From an uncultured Actinomycetes bacterium (GTDB lineage Bacteria; Actinomycetota; Coriobacteriia; Anaerosomatales; PHET01): a DNA stretch of 64,000 nt. The DNA is taken from positions 34,392 through 98,391 of the forward strand of contig CAVSCA010000007.1 of the NCBI GenBank assembly GCA_963726325.1. Reading direction: 5' to 3'. The translations under genes and the position numbers were made by a program. This document shows positions 57,751 through 64,000 of the stretch, piece after piece (within the stretch, counting starts at the first letter, position 1; each line of letters begins with the position of its first letter). A model generated the notes under the pieces. The model made no database searches. It was not told the origin of the DNA and worked only from the letters and a program-made list of their open reading frames with translations.

Positions 57751-58886
57751 GAGCGCTCACCGCTATCGCGCCCTTGAGACCCTTGTAGGTGGGGTCGGTC
57801 GCGTCGTTGAGCTGCATGTGCGTGTGGTAGCCCCTGTTCTTGGTGTAGCTGCGCAGTTGTGATGCGATGCGCTTGTCGATCCGTCGCACCGCCGCGATAC
57901 GTGTGGCCCCCGCGACCACCCGATCGCCCGGAGCGGCCGTCACGTCGTCGAGGTGGATCATCACCAGGTCCAGCTCGGGGCGGTTCGTCCGGCTGGATGT
58001 GGACCTCGACGTCGTTGAACCGCTCGTACAGCTTGAAGTGCTTGACCTTGACCACGGTTCCCGTGACCGGCGCGAACACGTCCGAGCCGGGGTTCGCGCC
58101 CACGTCGGCAGCGGTGTCGGGCTTGCCCGGGCGCGCCCGCCACATCCGCAGTACCGTGCCCGCGAGCCACGCCTCGGGCCCGCTCTCCTGCGCCGACGCG
58201 TCGCGATGCGTCGAGCGGTCCTTCTTCGCCTTGGTCATGTTCGCGTCGGGCACCTTGGTCTTGAGCCGCAGGGCATAGGGATACGACGCCTGGTGAAAGC
58301 CGACTTCGGTGAGGTCTTCGACCGAGACGGGCAGCCGGATCTGCAGCCCGTGGTACGTCGCGAGCAGCGGCGTCGGCTCGGTCTGGCTCGATGCCGCGCG
58401 AGCCACCGGCAGCGACGGCGACGGGCCGTTCGTCCGGGTCACGGGCGCCTGGGTGAACGGCGACTCCGCGAGCAGCTCGGTCTTGGCCCGGCGATCGGAC
58501 GAGTACTGCCAGCCGAGTGCGAGCGCGCCCAAGAGCACGACCGCTGCGACGCCGGCGATGACCTGCTGCCGCTTCTGCGCCGCGCGCCGGCGGGTCTCAC
58601 GCGCCCGCCGGCCCTCGAGCGCGAGGCCCGTGTCGCGCGCGGGACGCAAGGTGCGCTCGGCTGGGTCGCGGTCGGCGCCCTCGGGCTCGGCAGTGGGCGG
58701 CAGGTCCGAGCCGGGGTAGCGGACCTCCTCGGCGCGGATGAGGCGGACACCGCCGTCTCGGCGGGTTCCGGTTCTGGGTCTGCGCGGAGGTGTCACGACG
58801 TCGCTGAGTGGCTGTGAGGGAGCGGGTGCATGAGGACCTCGGTGAGCAAATCGCGTTCCTCGCTGAGGGGTGGGTCGTCGAAGCAC
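57716..58886 (-). CDS. membrane-anchored protein with degenerate M23/LytM-like C-terminal domain; frame change near 57965; start uncertain
   Basis: Arg-rich N-terminus and TM helix VIAGVAAVVLLGALALGW. GSDVFAPVTGTVVKV...VEVHIQPDE, then (second frame) LVMIHLDDVTAAPGDRVVAG...GYHTHMQL. Confidence 0.55.
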
Positions 58887-59016
58887 CCAGTATACCGAGC
58901 GCGAGCGCCGAGCCTCATTCGCGAAACCGAATGGAAACGCCGCGGCGAATCGCTATACTAGCGTGCGAACTTGCCGCGGGGGCAGGCGAAGCAGGGTTGG
59001 AGGGCAGCAGGCAGCG

Positions 59017-59322
59017 ATGCAGAAGCTCGAGGAGATCCTTCGTGCCGAGGAGACCGCACGTCACGCGGTCGCCGACGCCCGCGAGCAGGCCGACGCGCTG
59101 GTGCGCGACGCCGAGGCGAAGGCGCGGTCGCTGACCGAGACCGAGCGCTCCGAGTCAGCTCGGGCCGCGGTCGCTACGCGAGAGACCGCCGTTGCCGGCG
59201 CCCAGGCCGCCGCCGCTGCCATCGCGACCGATGCCGCATCCCGGCTCGAAGCCGATATCGCCGCCGCGCGCATGCGCATCCCGGATGCAGCGCAGGCCGC
59301 GCTCGCGAAGCTGCTGGGGTAG
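59017..59322 (+). CDS. small coiled-coil V-type ATPase accessory subunit (G/H-like)
   Basis: ATG 59017. 101 aa, Ala/Glu/Arg-rich helix. First gene of the ATPase operon. Confidence 0.6.
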   Translation: MQKLEEILRAEETARHAVADAREQADALVRDAEAKARSLTETERSESARAAVATRETAVAGAQAAAAAIATDAASRLEADIAAARMRIPDAAQAALAKLLG

Positions 59323-59324
59323 AC

Positions 59325-61498
59325 GTGGCAGTTGCTCGCATGCTCAAGGTCACCGTGCTGGGCTACCGGCCGGTGATGGACCCGGTCGTCGACGCGCTGC
59401 AGAAGGCGAGCGTCCTCGAGATCGAGGCGCACCCGTTCGATCTGCCGGCCGAGGACGTGGCGCCCGACGACAGCCGTCTCCGGCTACTCGACGAGCAGGC
59501 GGCCGACGCGCAGTTCGTATCTGACTTCCTCGGCCGGTTCCACACCAACGAGCAGCCGTTCTCGGCATTCGTGAGCGAGAAGTTCCACGTCTCGCGCGAC
59601 GAGTACTTCGGACTCGGCTTCGACGCTCGATTCAAGCGGCTGTACCGCGAGACGCTGACCATCTCGGACCGCCTCGCGAACGGCGAGCGTGAGAAGGCCC
59701 GCCTCACCGAGCTGGCCAAAGACCTCGAGCCGTGGGTGGAGTTCCACCTTCAGATCCGGCACTGGAAGCACACGGAGCGCACCGTCCTGTTCACGGGCAC
59801 CGTCCCCGCCTCCGAGGGCGCGTCGATCCGTCAGCGGCTGCGCGACGCGGTCGACGACGTGACCGTCGAGGAGCTCGGGCCGATCGGGGGTCGCCAGGCA
59901 TGGGTGGTCATGGCGCACCGTGTGCTGCGCCGATGAGGTCCGCTCGGTGCTCGCGTCCAGCGACTTCAGCGAGGTCACCTTCCCCGGTCTGAGCGACTAC
60001 CCCGCCGAGGAGCTCGCGCAGGCACACGCGCGCATCGCCGAGATCGACACCGAGACCGAGCACCTGCTCGGGCACGGCGAGAAGCTGTCGGACGAGCACT
60101 TCGACCACACCGTGGCGCTCGTGCAGGCCATCGAGTCGGAGCGCGACCGGCTCGTCGTGCGCCGGGACTTCGCGCGCACCGACAGGGCGTTCGTCATCTC
60201 CGGGTGGGTACGCGAGGACGGCGTGGACGATCTCGAGCGCGCGATGGCGCCGTTCTCGGACGTGGACCTCTCACTCGACGAGCCGGGCGAGGAGGACTCG
60301 CCTCCCATAGGCCTCGACAACCCGAAGTGGCTCAGGCCGCTCGAGGTCCTCACCGACCTGTACGGGCGTCCGCAGTACAACGAAGTCGACCCCACGATCC
60401 TTCTCGCCCCGTTCTTCCTGGCGTTCTTCGGCATCTGCATCAGCGATGTCGGATACGGCGCGATGATCATCGGCGGCGCGTACCTCATCAAGACATCGGT
60501 TGGACGTGGCCCCCGGCGTCAAGCGCTTCTGCGACCTCATGATGTATGGCGGCGTGGCGGCGATGCTGTTCGGCGTGGCCTTCGCAAGCTACTTCGCGAT
60601 ACCGGTGGACAAGCTTCCGCCGTTCCTGGCGAACCTCCAGGTCCTGGACCCGCTTGCTGACATCACCACGTTCCTGCTGTTCACGCTGGTGCTGGGCGCG
60701 ATACAGGTGTTCTTCGGCGTCCTCGTGGCCGCATACGACGCCTACCGCCGAGGCGATCCGGCCGAGGCGGTCTTCGGCCAGCTCTCGACGCTGTTCTTCT
60801 TCGGATGCATCGCGGGGCTCGTGCTCACCGGTAACGGGCTGTGGCTGTCGGTCGGGTTGATCGCCACCATGCTCATGCAGGGGCGCGCCATCGAGACCGC
60901 GCTTGGCAACTCCGAGGAACCGCTGTGGCAGCGCGGCCTCGGGGTCCTGTGGCTGCTCGCGATGGTTGCCAGCGCGATCATCATGGGCGTGTCGTCGGTG
61001 TGGACCGGGCTGCTGCTGCTCACGGTGGCATCGGCCATCGCGCTCGTCGCCTGCCGGCCGACCCGACGCGCCGTGCTCGGGCTGCTCGGCGGGGCGTACG
61101 CGGTCTACGGCATGAGCGCGTTCATCGGAGACATCTTGAGCTACACCCGCTTGGCTGCGCTCGGCCTCTCGGGCGCGCTCGTGGGCCTCGTCTTCAACCT
61201 GCTCGCGGGACTCGTGTGGGCGCCGGCGGTCGCGCTGTTCGACCAAGGCGGCATCTACATCGCTGCTGCCGCGCTGGTCGCCGCTATGGCCATAGCCGTG
61301 TTCGTGGTGGGCCACACCTTCAACGTCGTGATCAACCTGCTCGGCGCGTTCGTGCACCCGGCGCGCCTGCAGTTCGTCGAGTTCTTCGGCAAGTTCTACG
61401 AAGGGGGTGGACGGCCGTTCGCGCCGTTCAATCTCAGGACAGAGAATCTGGTGCTGGATGCCGGCGATGCCGGCACGGAAGGAGGAGCGGGCTCGTGA
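59325..61498 (+). CDS. atpI: V/A-type ATP synthase subunit I (a); frame changes near 59910-59925 and 60488-60500
   Basis: MLKVTVLGYR...; DPTILLAPFFLAFFGICISDVGYG; GDILSYTRLAALGLSGALV...INLLGAFVHPARLQFVEFFGKFYEGGG, in frames 0, 1 and 2. Start is GTG 59325 or ATG 59340. Confidence 0.85.
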
Positions 61499-61990
61499 GC
61501 GAGACTTTCTGGGGCATGACAGGCACCGACTGGGCGCTACTCGGTGCGGCGACGGCGGCGATCCTGGGAGGCATCGGATCGGCGATCGGCATCACCGCGG
61601 CGGCCGGCACGGCGTCGGGGATCCTGTCCGAGGACGATACGAAGTTCGGCCAGCTGCTGCCGATCGCCGCGATGCCGGGCACGCAGGGCATCTACGGCTT
61701 CATCGCGGCCGTGCTGGTGGTCGTGTTCTTCAACATCTTGGGCGGGACGGTCGACTTGGCGGGCTACCGCGGGCTTCCAGGTGTTCCTCGCCTGCCAGCC
61801 CGTCGGGTGGCTGTGCTTGGTGAGCGCGATCTACCAGGGCCGCACCGGTGCGTCGGCCGCTGGCATCATCGCGGCCGGCAAGCGTGCCCCGGCGCTCGTC
61901 TTCCCGGCGCTGGTCGAGACGTACGCGATCCTGTCGCTGATCGTGACGATCCTGATGCTGCTCGGCCTGCAGGCCGCGTACACCGGGTAG
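61495..61990 (+). CDS. atpK: V/A-type ATP synthase proteolipid subunit K (c); frame change near 61760-61772
   Basis: GTG 61495 in a GTGA overlap with atpI. LGGIGSAIGITAAAG...PGTQGIYGF (frame 1), then ACQPVGWLCLVSAIYQGRTGASAAG...LVETYAILSLIV (frame 2). Confidence 0.8.
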
Positions 61991-61996
61991 GCACCC

Positions 61997-62584
61997 GTGG
62001 CACTCGCCGACATACTCACCCGAATCGACGGCGATACGTCCGCCGAGACAGAAGCGATCCTCTCGGCAGCCACTGAGCGCGCCGAGCAGATCGTGGCCGA
62101 CGCGGAGTCGCGCGCTGCCGTGCATCGCGCCGAGGTCGCTGCGGCAGCTGAGAGTGCAGCGACTCGGGAGGCGGACACCATCGTCGTGAACGCCCGGCTC
62201 GCTGCGCGAGACGCTGAGGTCACCGCGCGGCGCCTGCTGATCGACGAGGCGCTCTCGGCCGCCGCGGAGGCGCTTGCCGCGCAGCCCGACGCCGAGTACG
62301 CGCGCTTCCTCGCGCAGCGCATCGTCGAGGCCGCCCGCGGTGGCGAGACGCTGCTGTTCGGCAGCGCCGACGCCGGCCGGAAGGCGGCGGTGACCGCGGA
62401 GCTCGCGCGCATCGCACCCGGCTTGGAGCTCTCGGTCGCCGAGGAACCAGCGCCGTTCGAGCGCGGCGCGATGCTCCAGGGTTCGCGCGTGCGTGCGGAC
62501 CTGTCGCTGCCGGCGATCATCGCCGAGCGGCGCGACGATCTCGAGCTTGAGGTCGCGCGCGTGCTCTTCGACGAGGAGGCGTAG
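61997..62584 (+). CDS. atpE: V/A-type ATP synthase subunit E
   Basis: Intact 195 aa, helical Ala/Glu/Arg-rich N-terminal half. Its position in the operon fits subunit E. Confidence 0.75.
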   Translation: MALADILTRIDGDTSAETEAILSAATERAEQIVADAESRAAVHRAEVAAAAESAATREADTIVVNARLAARDAEVTARRLLIDEALSAAAEALAAQPDAEYARFLAQRIVEAARGGETLLFGSADAGRKAAVTAELARIAPGLELSVAEEPAPFERGAMLQGSRVRADLSLPAIIAERRDDLELEVARVLFDEEA

Positions 62585-62592
62585 GCGTCCCG

Positions 62593-63584
62593 ATGCTGCT
62601 GCTCGACGAGAGACGCCTGACACGAGACGCGATACGCTACGGCTTCGCCGTGGGCAAGGTGCGCGTGCTCGAGACGCGGATGCTCGATCGCGCGGCGTAC
62701 GAGCGGCTGCTCGACGCGCCTACGCCTGGCCGAGCAGCGCCGGCTCCTCTCCGAGACCGCGTACGGGCGCTACCTGGAGCGTGCCGAGACCGCCGAGGAC
62801 GTCGAGCGTGCGCTCGACGAGGCGCTCGACGGCTTCTACGGCTACCTGAAGGAGGCCGCGCTGCCCGACGAGGTCGCTCGCTTCTTCCGGGTTCGCTACG
62901 ACTTCGCCAACCTCAAGGCCGCGCTGAAGGCCAAGGCGCTCGACGCCCCGCTCGAGGGGCTCATCACGGTGCACGGCTCGGTTCCCGCCGAGCAGTTCTC
63001 GGCAGATCTCGAGACGCTGCCCGAACCGCTGGGCCAGCTGGCCGCCGAGCTTGCCGAGGAGACCGACACCGCGGTCATCGACGCGCGCACCGACGCCGGC
63101 ATGTACGCGGAGCTCCTCCGGCTCGCGAAGAAGGCGAAGAGCGCGTATCTGACCAGGGTCGCGAAGCTCATCGTGGACATCGGCAACGTGAAGAACATGG
63201 TGCGCGGAAGGCATGCGGGTCGCACCGCCGAGACGATCGAGGCGCTTCTGGCCAAGGGCGGCGCGATTCGCCGTCAGCGAGCTCGTGGCGCTGATCGACG
63301 AGCCGCTCCCGGAGCTCTCGGCGCACTTGAGGCGGTTCCCCTCGCTCGTCCACTTCCCCCAGGTCGACCTGAGCGATCCTGCCGAGCTCGACATCGCGAC
63401 CGACGCCGTGTTCATCGGCGCGCTGCGCGAGGGCCGACGCGGACCGACCGGCCCCGAGCCGGTGATCGCCTACGTGTTCGCCCGCGAGGTCGAAGCGTCG
63501 TCGCTGCGCGTGCTGCTGCTGGGCAGGCTGACCGGTATCCCCAACGAGACGCTTCGCGCGCGGCTGCGCGTGTCGTACCGATAG
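62593..63584 (+). CDS. atpC: V/A-type ATP synthase subunit C (d); frame changes near 62712-62728 and 63262-63275
   Basis: YGFAVGKVRVLETRMLD (frame 1). FFRVRYDFANLKAALKAKAL... (frame 2). PEPVIAYVFAREVEASSLRVLLLGRLTGIP (frame 0). Confidence 0.8.
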
Positions 63585-63600
63585 GAGAGCTGCTAAGACC

Positions 63601-63924
63601 ATGGCCGGCGTTGCGATCGTGGGAGATGCGGTGAGCGTGGCGGGGTTCAGGCCGCTGGGGCTCGCCACGTTCGCAGTCGAGCGGGCCGAGGACGCACGCG
63701 CGCTGTGGGCGCGTCTGTCCGGCGGCGAGTTCGCGGTCGTCTTCGTGACCGAGCCGGTCTACGAGGCGCTCGCCGAGCTGGTGGACGAGGTCGCCGACCA
63801 GCCGGTGCCGGCCGTGACCGTGATTCCCGGAGCGGGGAGCAAGGGCGGCGTGGGTGGCGCCAAGCTCGAGCGCGCGATCGAGCGCGCGCTCGGCACCAAG
63901 ATGCCAGTACGTGACGAGGAGTAG
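63601..63924 (+). CDS. atpF: V/A-type ATP synthase subunit F
   Basis: Intact 107 aa. VAIVGDAVSVAGFRPLGL...FAVVFVTEPVYEAL. Confidence 0.8.
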   Translation: MAGVAIVGDAVSVAGFRPLGLATFAVERAEDARALWARLSGGEFAVVFVTEPVYEALAELVDEVADQPVPAVTVIPGAGSKGGVGGAKLERAIERALGTKMPVRDEE

Positions 63925-63973
63925 CGGGTCCGGCACACCGTCGGGCCCGAGCTGAGAAGAAGGACGCAGGTCT

Positions 63974-64000
63974 ATGGAGCAGGGCAAGATCATCAAGGTC
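63974..64000 (+). CDS. atpA: V/A-type ATP synthase subunit A, first 9 codons only (runs off window)
   Basis: GAAGAAGGA then ATG 63974. MEQGKIIKV fits the usual M..G.I..V start. The operon position supports the call. Confidence 0.55.

Noticed and set aside
1-64000. CRISPR arrays, IS elements/transposases, rRNA, tmRNA, RNase P RNA and SRP RNA.
   Set aside because: I saw no short regularly spaced direct repeats. I saw no terminal inverted repeats flanking a transposase-like ORF. I saw none of the conserved RNA cores I looked for (GAGGAAAGUCC for RNase P, GGUCCGGAAGGAAGCAGCC for SRP, a tRNA-like tmRNA end). This was visual inspection only.

Overview
Strongly G+C-rich bacterial chromosome segment (by eye about two-thirds G+C or more). 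It holds about 80 protein genes and two tRNAs (Phe-GAA, Gln-UUG). I found no rRNA, no CRISPR array, and no recognisable transposase or integrase. The content suggests an anaerobic Gram-positive-type lineage (inference): 2-oxoacid:ferredoxin oxidoreductase, an NfnAB-like pair, Rex and a V/A-type ATPase operon. The 38.2-51.1 kb block runs rsmI-abrB-metG-tatD-yabE-rsmA-veg-ispE-...-spoVG-glmU-prs-ctc-pth, which mirrors the Bacillus subtilis origin-proximal region. Layout: 0-5 kb has a K+ channel fragment, por alpha/beta, a TRIC channel and a PASTA protein. 5-10.4 kb has tRNA-Phe, an islet bounded by a duplicated tRNA 3' half, then a lower-GC patch with a P-type ATPase remnant and small stress/membrane proteins. 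10.4-17 kb has a redox/sulfur cluster and fluoride (crcB) and arsenic (arsR-acr3) modules. 17-29 kb has PAS proteins, rex and an envelope/secretome neighbourhood (PP-loop enzyme, FN3 phosphoesterase, GT2, chagasin-like inhibitor, lipoproteins, PLC-like enzyme). 29-38 kb has a HEAT-repeat/HD-GYP pair, an ImmA-like protease, a ROK kinase and a DnaA-lid-like module apparently fused to a DUF362 Fe-S protein. 51-64 kb has an M23 peptidase, nfnAB, an orphan LytTR regulator, an ACT+DUF711 pair and V-type ATPase genes. Major caveat: I count roughly 50 places where a conserved protein continues in another reading frame, mostly as if one extra base were present. Essential genes are affected (glmU, ispE, rsmA, ATPase subunits). 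Many CDS below are therefore composite spans, and consensus/assembly error is the simplest explanation. Most interesting candidates: the tRNA-Phe-bounded islet, the DnaA-lid/DUF362 protein, and the HEAT/HD-GYP pair that shares an N-terminal module. I did not find a clear-cut defence or mobile system.
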